The notes under the pieces were generated by a model. That model was not told the origin of the DNA, searched no databases, and worked only from the letters and a program-made list of their open reading frames with translations. This document shows, piece after piece, positions 1 through 9,687 of a stretch of DNA of 43,913 nt (position 1 is its first letter; every line of letters begins with the position of its first letter). The position numbers and the translations under genes were made by a program. Source of the stretch: Nitrosospira sp. (GTDB lineage: Bacteria; Pseudomonadota; Gammaproteobacteria; Burkholderiales; Nitrosomonadaceae); contig JAYUYT010000112.1 in assembly GCA_043752345.1 (NCBI GenBank), positions 1 to 43,913 of the forward strand. The letters are read 5' to 3'.

Positions 1-1391
1 TGGCTGAAAGAATCGCCAAGCTGGCGGAAACGGATCTGCGTGCTGCATTCCAGTTGAAACAAAAACAGGCGCGATCTGAGACAATAGATAAAATCTGGCA
101 ACGGGTTTTTACCGAAGTGGGTGTCGGTGTGGAAAATGGTGCAGATGGGCAAGCCGTCAAGGAAACCTGTTTTGCGCTTGAATCGAAAATCGTGCGTTCC
201 CAGATTCTCGATGGTGAGCCGCGCATAGATGGGCGTGATACTCGCACCGTGCGCCCCATCACCATTCGCAATGGTGTGCTGCCGCGCACGCATGGTTCTG
301 CTCTGTTCACCCGTGGCGAAACCCAGGCATTGGTGATCGCTACCTTGGGCACGGGACGTGACGAACAAAGAATTGATGCACTGCAAGGAGATTACACAGA
401 TCGTTTCATGCTTCACTACAACATGCCACCTTACGCTACTGGTGAGACCGGCCGGGTAGGGACACCCAAGCGCCGCGAAATCGGTCATGGACGTTTAGCC
501 AAGCGCGCATTGATTGCGGTGCTGCCTTCTGCGGAAGAGTTCGGCTATTCACTGCGGGTTGTGTCTGAAGTCACCGAATCCAATGGCTCTAGTTCCATGG
601 CATCAGTTTGCGGCGGTTGCCTGGCATTAATGGATGCGGGTGTGCCGTTGAAGGCGCACGTGGCAGGTATTGCCATGGGACTGATCAAAGAAGGCAACCG
701 CTTTGCCGTACTGACTGATATCCTTGGTGACGAAGACCATCTGGGTGACATGGATTTCAAGGTTGCCGGGACTGACCGTGGCATTACCGCTTTGCAAATG
801 GATATAAAGATTCAGGGTATTACTAAAGAAATCATGCATGCCGCGCTGGTGCAGGCCAAAGAAGGCCGCATGCACATTCTTGGGATCATGAAACAAGCAT
901 TGCCCTCAACCCGTGAGGAAATTTCCGAACATGCGCCACGCATCATCAAAATAAAAATTAACCCCGAGAAGATACGTGATGTTATTGGCAAGGGTGGCGC
1001 AGTGATTCGTGCGCTGACCGAGGAAACCGGCACTACCATTGATATTACCGACGACGGTACCGTCATGATAGCCTGTATTAGCGCCGAGGGAGGTGAGTTG
1101 GCAAGAAAGCGTATCGAAGATATTACTGCCGAAGTAGAGGTGGGCAGAATATACGATGGCACTGTATTGAAACTTCTGGATTTTGGCGCAATTGTCAGCG
1201 TCCTGCCGGGTAAGGATGGCCTGTTGCATATCTCCCAGATCGCCAATGAGCGCGTCAACAATGTCGCCGATCACCTCAAGGAAGGTCAGGCGGTGCGGGT
1301 CAAAGTGCTGGAAGCTGATGAAAAGGGGCGGTTACGTCTCAGCATGAAAGCGGTTGCTATCGAAGTCACCGGCAATGATGCTGCTTCGTAG
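1..1391 (+). CDS. pnp: Polynucleotide phosphorylase (PNPase), 5' end truncated by the window edge
   Basis: The frame is open from the window edge (frame 3) to TAG at 1389-1391. The listed start at 54 is only a TTG inside the gene. The translation shows the second RNase PH domain ([41 protein letters not shown]), a KH domain ([21 protein letters not shown]) and an S1 domain ([33 protein letters not shown]). Confidence 0.95.
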   Translation, partial: AERIAKLAETDLRAAFQLKQKQARSETIDKIWQRVFTEVGVGVENGADGQAVKETCFALESKIVRSQILDGEPRIDGRDTRTVRPITIRNGVLPRTHGSALFTRGETQALVIATLGTGRDEQRIDALQGDYTDRFMLHYNMPPYATGETGRVGTPKRREIGHGRLAKRALIAVLPSAEEFGYSLRVVSEVTESNGSSSMASVCGGCLALMDAGVPLKAHVAGIAMGLIKEGNRFAVLTDILGDEDHLGDMDFKVAGTDRGITALQMDIKIQGITKEIMHAALVQAKEGRMHILGIMKQALPSTREEISEHAPRIIKIKINPEKIRDVIGKGGAVIRALTEETGTTIDITDDGTVMIACISAEGGELARKRIEDITAEVEVGRIYDGTVLKLLDFGAIVSVLPGKDGLLHISQIANERVNNVADHLKEGQAVRVKVLEADEKGRLRLSMKAVAIEVTGNDAAS

Positions 1392-1421
1392 TAAATAGCT
1401 GCCATTTGAGTATGTTTTTGT

Positions 1422-1461
1422 AAAAAAGCCCCGCATCTTGCGACACGGGGCTTTTTGTTTT
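1422..1461. terminator. Bidirectional rho-independent terminator between convergent pnp and dksA
   Basis: A 7-bp GC-rich stem (agccccg 1427-1433 / cggggct 1446-1452) is flanked by an A-run on the left and a T-run on the right, so it can terminate both strands. Confidence 0.7.
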
Positions 1462-1504
1462 GTAAGGCAGGCGCGGCTCATCTATGGGAAATGAGCAGCC
1501 AGCT

Positions 1505-1930
1505 TTATTTGGCTATTTGCTTCTCTCTTATTTCGTCGAGAGTCTTGCAGTCTATGCAAAGGGTGGCGGTGGGACGAGCTTCCAAGCGCTTCAGTCCGAT
1601 TTCAATACCGCAGCTATCGCAGTAACCGTAATCCCCGGTTTCTATTTTAGCGATGGTCTCATCAATTTTTTTGATGAGCTTACGTTCGCGATCGCGATTA
1701 CGCAGTTCCAGCGCCATATCAGACTCCTGACTGGCGCGGTCGTTGGGGTCGGCAAAAATTGTTGCTTCATCCTGCATGGTGTGGACCGTGCGGTCTATAT
1801 CCTGACCCAGCTCAATTTTCATGCTTTCCAAGATCTTACGGAAATGCATAAGCTGCTTAGAACTCATGTAGCTCTCCCCTTTTTTCGGCTTATAGGGAGC
1901 GGCTTGCTTATGTAGTAGTTCTTGCGGCAT
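1505..1930 (-). CDS. dksA: RNA polymerase-binding transcription factor DksA
   Basis: Has the C4 zinc finger [27 protein letters not shown] plus the coiled-coil motifs [29 protein letters not shown]. The ATG at 1930 ([22 protein letters not shown]) has an AAGGA 9-10 nt upstream. The ORF track's longer version starts at a TTG at 1999, so the start is uncertain. Confidence 0.85.
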   Translation of the reverse strand: MPQELLHKQAAPYKPKKGESYMSSKQLMHFRKILESMKIELGQDIDRTVHTMQDEATIFADPNDRASQESDMALELRNRDRERKLIKKIDETIAKIETGDYGYCDSCGIEIGLKRLEARPTATLCIDCKTLDEIREKQIAK

Positions 1931-2427
1931 CTTGGGATCCTTTTTAATTTCTGCTGTGCGTGGAGACGCTTTAATATCAGAAAAGACATTGTACAGCAAG
2001 TAGGAACCTCTTCAAACGGCACATGTGTCCGTTCGTATAAGTAAAGTCATTTGAACTTATAGTGGCTTATGCCCTCTGGCGGGTTGCCATCTAAGGTAAG
2101 TAAAAATAATTTGTTATTTCTCAAGCTCCAAATCTGCCTCGAGTTGGCGATATTCCCGGGCACTCAGCTTCCTATTCTCGGATAATTTGTTATACAATCT
2201 CCTATGTTGGATGCCCCATGAATAGGTACGCGCCCTCACTCCCTTTGGTTGTATAAAGGTTTTGTCCGGTCGGGCGTATGAATGCTACGTCACTCCTGCT
2301 CAAAATTTTCATATTGATCGAGGTTCTGCGCGAATCGCCATACGGTTCCATGGGATATCAGGCAAGCAATCTGCCTAGGCAAGACTATCGAGCATATGAT
2401 TAATTTGGTATTAAATACGGAGATGTT

Positions 2428-3027
2428 ATGAACAAAGTGTCTGGATGGGTTAAGCGGTTGAGTTGGGCTGTACTGATAATGCTGGTAACGATGCCAGCCC
2501 ATGCGCAACTGATGCTTGCCCATGAAGGTCATCATGCGGGTGACTGTGTCATCAATGGAGGAGTCTTCTCTGTGAATTTCAGTGCTTACGAGAAACCAAA
2601 GGGGGACATTCCACCGATGCACGCATTCTGCCAGCAGATACCGGCCGCTGGAATAATACTTATGTCTGTGGATCTGAACGACCCTGAGTCTCGCAAGATA
2701 CCGCTCGCTGTGCGCGTGGTGATGGAAGGGCATGGTCCGGCTGGGCATGAAATACTGTCCCTGCCACCCAAGGTATATCCATCCGGGAGTATTTCACTCG
2801 GCGAGGTGAACATGGCAGACTTGGGCAAATATACCGTGCTGCTGGAGACAGAGGAGGCTGGTGCGATGAAGGTAGTGGCCCGCATCCCATTAACAGTAGG
2901 AGAAGGAGGCGGGCACGGCAGTCATGGTTCCGGTCCTGGGGTAATGGAGATTGCGCTATTGCTGGGTGCGGCTGGTGTCGGGGTTTTCTTCTGGTTACGC
3001 CGCCGCAAGGCGGGCGCGGCAACGTAG
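2428..3027 (+). CDS. Hypothetical exported, C-terminally membrane-anchored His-rich protein
   Basis: ATG preceded by ACGGAG. Has an N-terminal signal peptide (…LVTMPAHA|QL) and His clusters (HEGHHAGD, GGGHGSHGSGPG). A C-terminal TM helix is followed by RRRK. I do not recognise a family. It is followed by a strong terminator. Confidence 0.6.
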   Translation: MNKVSGWVKRLSWAVLIMLVTMPAHAQLMLAHEGHHAGDCVINGGVFSVNFSAYEKPKGDIPPMHAFCQQIPAAGIILMSVDLNDPESRKIPLAVRVVMEGHGPAGHEILSLPPKVYPSGSISLGEVNMADLGKYTVLLETEEAGAMKVVARIPLTVGEGGGHGSHGSGPGVMEIALLLGAAGVGVFFWLRRRKAGAAT

Positions 3028-3072
3028 GACTCAAAGGTTCCGAAGTTAATTATTCCTGAAACGCCCGTTCCC

Positions 3073-3108
3073 AAAAAATGGCCATCGACAATCGATGGCC
3101 ATTTTTTT
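3073..3108 (+). terminator. Rho-independent terminator
   Basis: An 11-bp perfect stem (atggccatcga 3078-3088 / tcgatggccat 3092-3102) with a 3-nt loop, followed by a T7 run. Confidence 0.75.
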
Positions 3109-3308
3109 GTCTAGCAGGCTGTCTGAATTTTGCCGCGGATAAATAAATGCGCCTTCCCAACATTTCTGCTCCCCATCATTCTGCAGCAATAGGCTACGTT
3201 TTGAGCAAGGGCAAGTTACAGCATAACCCTATTGTATTTATGGCCACCGAGGTTCACACTCTGCGCTGGGGTGGGTCGAACAATTACCGAAAATGGGGGG
3301 AGAAGCAA

Positions 3309-4508
3309 ATGAAAAAAGGCCTCTGCTTGACGCTAGCTGGTATAGCGAATCTGTTTCTGCTGTGTTTCAGTGCTTGGGCGAGTGAAGGTGGGGCTGTTTC
3401 CGAGCTCAGCGAAGCACGACAAGTGGCTCAGTACAACTACGTCATCCACATTCTGGCTATGTTGCTGGTAGGCTTCGGTTTCCTCATGGTGTTCGTCCGC
3501 AGATACGGATTCGGCGCCACGACTGGCACCTATCTGGTGGTCGCGGTAGGTCTCCCTCTCTACATATTGTTGCGTGCAAACGGAATAATGGGCCACGCAA
3601 TTTCTCCAAATACGGTCGAAGCCTTGATGTTCGCCGAATTTGCAGTGGCTTCGGCATTGATTGCCATGGGCGCCGTGCTTGGACGCCTGCGGGTTTTTCA
3701 ATATGCGTTGCTGGCACTCTTCCTGATTCCGGCATATTTGCTGAATGAGTATCTGGTGCTGGATGGTGCGTTAGGTTTCACGAAAGGATTCCAGGATACC
3801 GCCGGATCGGTCATCATTCACGCTTTTGGTGCTTATTTTGGCCTGGGCCTATCCATCGCTCTGACTACTGAGTTGCAACGCAGTCAGCCGATAGAATCGG
3901 ATGCCACTTCTGATCGTTTTGCGATGCTCGGTTCAATGGTGTTGTGGCTTTTCTGGCCCAGTTTCGCCACGGCTATCGTTCCTTTTGAAGAAATGCCGCA
4001 GACCGTGGTCAATACCGTGCTCGCGCTGTGCGGAGCCACTATCAGCACTTATTTCCTGAGCTCATATTTTCATAAGGGCAAAACATCAATGGTTGACATG
4101 GCAAACGCAGCTCTCGCTGGCGGTGTTGCCATCGGGTCAACCTGCAATATCGTGTCACCGGCAGGTGCTTTCGGAATTGGTTTGCTGGCCGGAGCAGTCT
4201 GTGTCATCGGCTATGTCTTTATTCAACCAGCATTGGAAGCACGCTTCAAAATAGTTGACACTTGTGGAGTTCATAATCTGCATGGGATGCCGGGGATTCT
4301 AGGCGCATTGATTGCCATCATGGTAGTGCCAGGCATAGCAGGGATCCAATTCATTGGCATCGTTGTCAGCGTGACGTTGGCCCTAGTGTGCGGCCTCCTT
4401 GCCGGCAAGCTAATCAAGGCCACGGGTACGACGCAGCTAGCTTACGAAGACAGCGAAGAATTCACTCATGTCGCCCCCCCGGAAACTGAAACTAAAGCGC
4501 ATACCTGA
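3309..4508 (+). CDS. rh50: Rh50-type (Rhesus family) ammonia/CO2 channel protein
   Basis: A multi-TM protein with Rh-type signatures (IIHAFGAYFGLGLS, DTCGVHNLHGMPGILGA). The ATG at 3309 (MKKGLCLTLAG…, signal-like) lies 6 nt after GGGGGGAGAAG. The 54 upstream codons of the tracked ORF (from 3147) look non-coding. Confidence 0.9.
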   Translation: MKKGLCLTLAGIANLFLLCFSAWASEGGAVSELSEARQVAQYNYVIHILAMLLVGFGFLMVFVRRYGFGATTGTYLVVAVGLPLYILLRANGIMGHAISPNTVEALMFAEFAVASALIAMGAVLGRLRVFQYALLALFLIPAYLLNEYLVLDGALGFTKGFQDTAGSVIIHAFGAYFGLGLSIALTTELQRSQPIESDATSDRFAMLGSMVLWLFWPSFATAIVPFEEMPQTVVNTVLALCGATISTYFLSSYFHKGKTSMVDMANAALAGGVAIGSTCNIVSPAGAFGIGLLAGAVCVIGYVFIQPALEARFKIVDTCGVHNLHGMPGILGALIAIMVVPGIAGIQFIGIVVSVTLALVCGLLAGKLIKATGTTQLAYEDSEEFTHVAPPETETKAHT

Positions 4509-4649
4509 ACTTAAGAAGTGTTTCCTGCAGGTGCGGCAACGCGCTTGGCAGGGGCTTATTCGGGAGCTCCCAAACTATTGAACAGTGGAAGGCGGGCGCT
4601 GAGCGGAAGCAGGTGGGTTCCTGCTTGCGACTGACACATCGGCGAGTCG

Positions 4650-6101
4650 CTACATCAAAATCACATCATACTGTTCCTGCGTATAAGCCACTTCCACCTG
4701 TAGACTAATGGGCTTGGCAATGAAGTCGCCTAGTTGCGCCAGGCTCTGGGACTCTTCGTCGAGGAACAGATCAATTACTTGTTGCGAAGCAAGAATACGA
4801 AATTCGCGGGCATCGAATTGACGGGATTCACGCAGCAACTCACGCAGGATCTCATAACACATCGTTTGTGCAGTTCTGACCTCGCCGCGTCCCTGGCAGG
4901 TGGGACAAGGTTCGCACAGGATATGAGCAAGGCTCTCGCGAGTACGCTTGCGCGTCATTTCCACCAGTCCCAACGCAGTAAATCCACTTACAGTCATGCG
5001 CGTCCGGTCTTTGATTAATGCTTTTTTGAATTCAGTGAGCACGGCATTCTTGTGCCCCTCATTTTCCATGTCGATAAAGTCGATAATGATGATGCCGCCC
5101 AAATTTCTCAGGCGCAACTGGCGCGCGATTACTTGTGCTGCTTCCAGATTGGTTTTGAAAATAGTATCGTCGAAGCTGCGTATGCCAATGAATCCACCGG
5201 TATTGACATCCACGGTGGTGAGCGCTTCGGTCTGGTCGATGATGAGGTAGCCACCGGATTTTAAATTTACCCGTCTGGCTAGGGACTTTTCTATTTCATC
5301 TTCCACCCCATACAGATCAAACAATGGCCGCTCTCCGGCATAATGATTTACCCGCTCCACCATATTGACCATATAGTCTTGAGCAAAAGCGATCATCTTC
5401 TGAAAGGTCTCACGTGAGTCCACCAGAATGCGCACCGTGTCATCGTCCACGAAATCGCGCAGCACGCGGTGACTGAGAGTCAGGTCTTGATAGAGCAGCA
5501 TGGGGGTGGTGACTGAGGATTTCTCCTGGATGTTGCGCCATAGCTTATGCAGATAAGCTATATCTGTTTGCAAATCATGTTCGCTGGCAGCTTCCGCCAT
5601 GGTGCGAATGATGTATCCGCCCTTTCTGTCAGGGGGTAACAATTGCTGCAGCTTCCCCCGCAGCAACTCGCGCTCTGCCTCATTTTCAATACGTTGAGAG
5701 ACCCCGATATTTGATTCCTGTGGCAGATAAACCAGCAGTCGGCCAGCAATGCTGATCTGGGTGGAAAGCCGTGCGCCCTTGGTGCCGATGGAGTCTTTGA
5801 TGACCTGGACCAGGATACTTTCGCCGTCGTGTAGCAGCCTTTCGATAGGTTTGTCGGCATCCCCGCTCTGGCGCACCTCCCAAATATCAGCGACGTGCAG
5901 GAACGCGGCACGATCGAGACCGATATCAACGAAGGCCGATTGCATCCCGGGAAGCACCCGAATGACGCGGCCACTGTAGATATTGCCAACAATGCCGCAG
6001 CTGCTGGTGCGTTCTATGTGCAGTTCTTGCACCACTCCTTGTTCCATTACCGCAACACGGGTTTCTTGCGGAGTGATATTGACAAGAATTTCACTGCTCA
6101 T
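4650..6101 (-). CDS. rng: Ribonuclease G (RNase E/G family)
   Basis: Has an N-terminal S1 region (EILVNITPQETRVAVMEQG…GNIYSGRVIRVLPGMQSAFVDIG), the RNase E/G catalytic core (IIDQTEALTTVDVNTG, GGIIIIDFIDM) and a CPxC zinc link (CEPCPTCQGRG). The start at M28 of the tracked ORF (6101) avoids overlap with maf. Confidence 0.9.
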   Translation of the reverse strand: MSSEILVNITPQETRVAVMEQGVVQELHIERTSSCGIVGNIYSGRVIRVLPGMQSAFVDIGLDRAAFLHVADIWEVRQSGDADKPIERLLHDGESILVQVIKDSIGTKGARLSTQISIAGRLLVYLPQESNIGVSQRIENEAERELLRGKLQQLLPPDRKGGYIIRTMAEAASEHDLQTDIAYLHKLWRNIQEKSSVTTPMLLYQDLTLSHRVLRDFVDDDTVRILVDSRETFQKMIAFAQDYMVNMVERVNHYAGERPLFDLYGVEDEIEKSLARRVNLKSGGYLIIDQTEALTTVDVNTGGFIGIRSFDDTIFKTNLEAAQVIARQLRLRNLGGIIIIDFIDMENEGHKNAVLTEFKKALIKDRTRMTVSGFTALGLVEMTRKRTRESLAHILCEPCPTCQGRGEVRTAQTMCYEILRELLRESRQFDAREFRILASQQVIDLFLDEESQSLAQLGDFIAKPISLQVEVAYTQEQYDVILM

Positions 6102-6132
6102 AAATAAAGGCTCACTGCAGTTTTCTGTCGGG

Positions 6133-6756
6133 TCAGGCCAGTACTTCCACGCCGAATTCTTCCAGCAGTCGTGCTGTTTCAAACAGCGGCAGGCCCATCA
6201 CGCCACTGTAACTGCCGGAAATCTTCGCTATGAAAACTGCCGCCAACCCCTGGATTGCGTAGGCGCCTGCCTTGTCGTACGCTTCGTTACTGGCGAGGTA
6301 GGTACGAATTTCACGCTTACTGATGTCACGAAACTGCACCGTGGTGGTGGAGAGATGCACTCGTACGCGATCCAGTTCAATCATCGCTACCGCAGTTAGC
6401 ACCTCATGAGTTTGGCCGGAAAATGTGGCTAGCATTTCTTCTGCATGGGCGGAGTTTTCAGGCTTGCTAAAAATCTGTCCTTTTAGTGATACAACGGTAT
6501 CCGCTGCGAGTACTGGCAGGAATGGCACTCTGCGCTGCATCAGCTGTATCCATCCCGCCTCGGCCTTTGCCTTGGCGATGCGACAAGCGTAGTCTGTCGG
6601 TGTTTCATCTGGCAGCGGAGCTTCATCTATATCCGCTCCGCGGGGTGGAGTTTCGCGCAGTAACAGCAATTCAAAGTTTACTCCGATCTGTTTTAATAGC
6701 TCCCGTCGGCGAAGGCTGCGGGATGCTAGGTATATGCGATTTTTTAGTTGGATCAT
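6133..6756 (-). CDS. maf: Maf-like nucleoside triphosphate pyrophosphatase (septum formation protein)
   Basis: Maf signatures are present: IYLASRSLRRRELLKQIG, VLAADTVV, AYDKAGAYAIQG. Start chosen at ATG 6756 (MIQLKNRIYLAS). The longer start at 6804 is possible. Confidence 0.85.
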   Translation of the reverse strand: MIQLKNRIYLASRSLRRRELLKQIGVNFELLLLRETPPRGADIDEAPLPDETPTDYACRIAKAKAEAGWIQLMQRRVPFLPVLAADTVVSLKGQIFSKPENSAHAEEMLATFSGQTHEVLTAVAMIELDRVRVHLSTTTVQFRDISKREIRTYLASNEAYDKAGAYAIQGLAAVFIAKISGSYSGVMGLPLFETARLLEEFGVEVLA

Positions 6757-6847
6757 AATGTGGTTACCCCTCTGTGCATTCATTACGCAAATTTCATGAA
6801 ACACCCATGCTGGAATTCTGAACTTATAGAGTATTTATGTGCAGAAC

Positions 6848-6871
6848 GCGGATTCAATTTCGAAGTGCAAC
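6848..6871. repeat. IS30 terminal inverted repeat (transposase-distal end)
   Basis: Pairs with 7918-7941 as an inverted repeat, 21 of 24 nt. Confidence 0.75.
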
Positions 6872-7844
6872 GCTCAATGGTGGCTTGGTGTAGCGCACCG
6901 TCTTTCCGAAGAATACCTCAAACGGAGTTCTGAATCCCAGCACTTTGCGCGGCCTGTGGTTGAGGTTATCTACCGCACGCTGGACGTCTTCCACGGTTAC
7001 ATGGGTCAACACCATCACCTTAAGGAAGAACTGCCGCAACAGCCCGTTGCTGTTCTCGTTTAATCCACGCTCCCAAGAATGGTAGGGATGCGCAAAGTAG
7101 ATGCCAATCTCCAACGCGACCGCAATTTTCTCATGTCCTGCAAACTCTTTGCCGTTGTCGAGCGTCAAGGTGTGACACTGTCGCCGGTGAGGAGATAGCA
7201 GGCGCGTAATAGTTGCCGTGACACCGTCGGCGTGTTTACTCGGCACCGGGCTTGCCAGGACATAGCGGGATTTCCTTTCCGCCAACGGTACCAATGCCCC
7301 GCGATGGTTCTTGCCGATCACCGTATCCCCTTCCCAATCCCCGAGGCGGCTACGTTCCTCCACAATCGTCGGGCGTTTGTTCGATGCCAATCCGGTTCGG
7401 GATGACGCCGCGCAGTTCCTGGCCGCTGCCGTAACGCTTGCGGTATGGCTTCTGACAGCGCAATTGCTGCCACAGGTCACCGCCTTGGCGCTTGTTTGCG
7501 TACACCCGCCGGTAGATGGTCTCTGGATCCGCAAATTCCCTTCCAGCGCCAGCCGCTCGGCGGCCTGCTCCGGACTGAACTTGCGCTGGATCAGATCTTC
7601 CACGCATGCCCAGTCTTCCAACGTAAATCGTTGCGCATTGATGCAGCTACGCCGTCGTTCATCACGCATGGCTTGCGCCTGCTTGGGACGCCAGCCACGA
7701 TGGCCTCTGTTGCGCTTCAGTTCCCGAGAAATCGTCGACTTGTTCACACCAATCTCGGTCACTATTGCCACCGGTTTGTAGCCCGCTTTCAACAACCCAG
7801 AAAGCTGGTATCTGCTCACTGGTGAGCTGATTGTAGTGCTTCAT
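6854..7844 (-). pseudogene. IS30-family transposase carrying three frame switches; the 321-aa open ORF is partly out of frame
   Basis: The conserved IS30 sequence is spread over two frames. MKHYNQLTSEQ (ATG 7844) switches near 7811-7813 into RYQLSGLLKAGYK…LALEGNLRI. Near 7522-7528 the conserved ETIYRRVYANKRQGGDLWQQLRCQKPYRKRYGSGQELRGVIPNRIGIEQ continues in the other frame (tracked ORF 7350-7607). Near 7376-7379 it returns to RPTIVEERSRLGDWEGDTVIGK…DNGKEF…HPYHSWERGLNEN. Confidence 0.75.
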
Positions 7845-7917
7845 CTGTGCCCCTTTTACTTGGTCGTTTAAGAGGCTCCGATACTACCGCAGCTCGCCTC
7901 CAAATTCCCTTACAAAA

Positions 7918-7941
7918 GTTGCACTTCAAAGTTGAATCTGC
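7918..7941. repeat. IS30 terminal inverted repeat (transposase-proximal end)
   Basis: Pairs with 6848-6871 as an inverted repeat, 21 of 24 nt. Confidence 0.75.
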
Positions 7942-8009
7942 CGAATATTTAAAGATCTATATTTATGTAAAGGGATGATCAATTCATACGCCGGACATTT
8001 TGGTTACAG

Positions 8010-8480
8010 TCATTTCCGGTGGTAAGGGTGTCGTTTGATGAATGACACCGCACGGTACAATTGTTCTGCCAGCAGTACTCGTGCTAGGCCGTGCGGCAGC
8101 GTCAGAGCAGACAACGCCAATATTTCATCCGCTGAATTCTTGATGTTGGCGGCAAGCCCATCCGCGCCACCGATGATGAATGCGGTATCTCCACCATTTC
8201 TCATCCATCCGCTGATGGACTCAGCCAGTTTGGCCGTAGTCCACTGCCGGCCTGTTTCATCCATCGCCACGGTACGGCATCTTGGGGGTAGTGCCGCCAG
8301 AATACGCGCACCCTCAGCAGTCAGCAGTTGTGCTACTTTTTTGCCCCCCCCACGTTTTTCTGGTTTGATTTCCAGTAACTCAATGCTGGCTTCATGTGGC
8401 ATGCGCTTGGCGTATTCGATAAAACCGGTTTCTACCCATCCCGGCATTTTGTTGCCAACCGCTAAGATGAGGAATCGCAT
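8010..8480 (-). CDS. rlmH: 23S rRNA (pseudouridine1915-N3)-methyltransferase RlmH
   Basis: A 156-aa SPOUT protein: [27 protein letters not shown]…FIIGGADGL…[22 protein letters not shown]. Confidence 0.95.
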   Translation of the reverse strand: MRFLILAVGNKMPGWVETGFIEYAKRMPHEASIELLEIKPEKRGGGKKVAQLLTAEGARILAALPPRCRTVAMDETGRQWTTAKLAESISGWMRNGGDTAFIIGGADGLAANIKNSADEILALSALTLPHGLARVLLAEQLYRAVSFIKRHPYHRK

Positions 8481-8488
8481 GGTTAAAA

Positions 8489-8929
8489 TTACTTGGGCTG
8501 TTTGGATCTGGTTATTTTGGTGGTGGCAGCCGGTTTAAGTGGGACTTTGCGTGGTCTAGCGGTCACCTTGCTCTTGCTTGCGCCGACAGTAACCTTGTGC
8601 GCTTTCACCGCTTCCGCCCACAATTCTTCCAGATTATAATGGATACGCACCTTGGTTTGCATGATGTGTACCAGCACATCACCCAGATCCACCAGCACCC
8701 ACTCGCCGGTCTCCCCGCCTTCTATGCCGAATACCGCGCCACCGCTAGCTCTGACCTTTTCCTGCACGTTGTTTGCCAATGCTCTGGTTTGGCGGGTGGA
8801 ATCCGCGCTGGCAATGATCATGCGATCAAACAAAGTAGTGACGCCGGTCACTTCCAGCACCGTGATATCGTGTGCTTTGATTTCTTCCAGTGCAGCAATA
8901 ACTATGTTTACCAGCTTATCAAGTTTCAT
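8489..8929 (-). CDS. rsfS: Ribosomal silencing factor RsfS (iojap family) with a Lys-rich C-terminal tail
   Basis: RsfS core: [17 protein letters not shown]…[23 protein letters not shown]…[16 protein letters not shown]…YNLEELW. It overlaps the nadD stop by 4 nt. Confidence 0.9.
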   Translation of the reverse strand: MKLDKLVNIVIAALEEIKAHDITVLEVTGVTTLFDRMIIASADSTRQTRALANNVQEKVRASGGAVFGIEGGETGEWVLVDLGDVLVHIMQTKVRIHYNLEELWAEAVKAHKVTVGASKSKVTARPRKVPLKPAATTKITRSKQPK

Positions 8930-9600
8930 TCTTCTCCTGAATACAAGTGATTCGTTTCAATATAATCGAGAACTGCGTCCGGAAGCAAATAGCGCACGCT
9001 ACTTTTGGCGCTAATGCGGGTGCGAATGGCGGTTGCGGAAATGTCCAGCAGAGTTGTCGGCGCGACATAAATCAATCCGCTGGATGTACCTGCGAGACTG
9101 TCTGTGCTGGATACCCAGCGTTGTGCACATTCTTCTTTTAATACCTGTGGCAAGACGTCATGACTGGTTGTCAGCGCATGACCAGGACGGGCAGCAATAA
9201 TGATATGGCATAGCTGGAACAGTTCCCGCCAGCTATGCCATTCAGCAAGTTTCATGAAAGCGTCTGTGCCCATGACGAAGCATAAAGTGACGTTTTCCCC
9301 CATTTCCTGCCGGAGTTCGCGCAGCGACTCTACGCTGTAGCTCGTTCCAGGACGACGGGCCTCGCGTTCGTCCAGCACGAATCTGGGATTGCTCTGGATG
9401 GCTGCCTGTACCATCGCTGCACGGTGCCGCGGCGATGCGATGGGAGCAGAGCGCAAACGCGGCATCCCGGCAGGAACAAAGCGCATCTCGCGCAGGCCGA
9501 TCGACTCGACGACTTCCTCAGCGATGCGCAAGTGACCATAATGAATGGGATCGAAGGTGCCGCCGAAAATGCCGATGAAAGGAGACTCGAACCTAGGCAT
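8926..9600 (-). CDS. nadD: Nicotinate-nucleotide adenylyltransferase
   Basis: Has GIFGGTFDPIHYGHL (the HxGH nucleotidyltransferase motif) and ISATAIRTRI (the ISSTxxR motif). Confidence 0.9.
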   Translation of the reverse strand: MPRFESPFIGIFGGTFDPIHYGHLRIAEEVVESIGLREMRFVPAGMPRLRSAPIASPRHRAAMVQAAIQSNPRFVLDEREARRPGTSYSVESLRELRQEMGENVTLCFVMGTDAFMKLAEWHSWRELFQLCHIIIAARPGHALTTSHDVLPQVLKEECAQRWVSSTDSLAGTSSGLIYVAPTTLLDISATAIRTRISAKSSVRYLLPDAVLDYIETNHLYSGEE

Positions 9601-9687
9601 CGTCTATTGGAACACGGCAATACGCTAACACGCAGGAAACTTCCGACAATTTTCCCATCTTCGCATCTTTGTGATGATACCTGTTTC

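Larger units (their letters stand above)
6848..7941 (-). mobile_element. IS30-family insertion sequence (about 1.09 kb) bounded by 24-bp imperfect inverted repeats
   Basis: The reverse complement of 6848-6871 (gttgcacttcgaaattgaatccgc) matches 7918-7941 (gttgcacttcaaagttgaatctgc) at 21 of 24 positions. The repeats enclose one IS30-type DDE transposase reading frame. The transposase stop (6854-6856) lies inside the left repeat, as is common in IS30 elements. Confidence 0.8.

Noticed and set aside
3147-3308. N-terminal 54-codon extension of the Rh50 ORF
   Set aside because: It has no RBS, and the extension is hydrophilic and unlike Rh proteins. The internal ATG at 3309 has a strong G-rich RBS and starts a signal-like segment.
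9601-9687. Expectation of an lpdA (E3) gene after aceF
   Set aside because: There is only an 87-nt gap before nadD. E3 is simply encoded elsewhere, which is not anomalous for betaproteobacteria.
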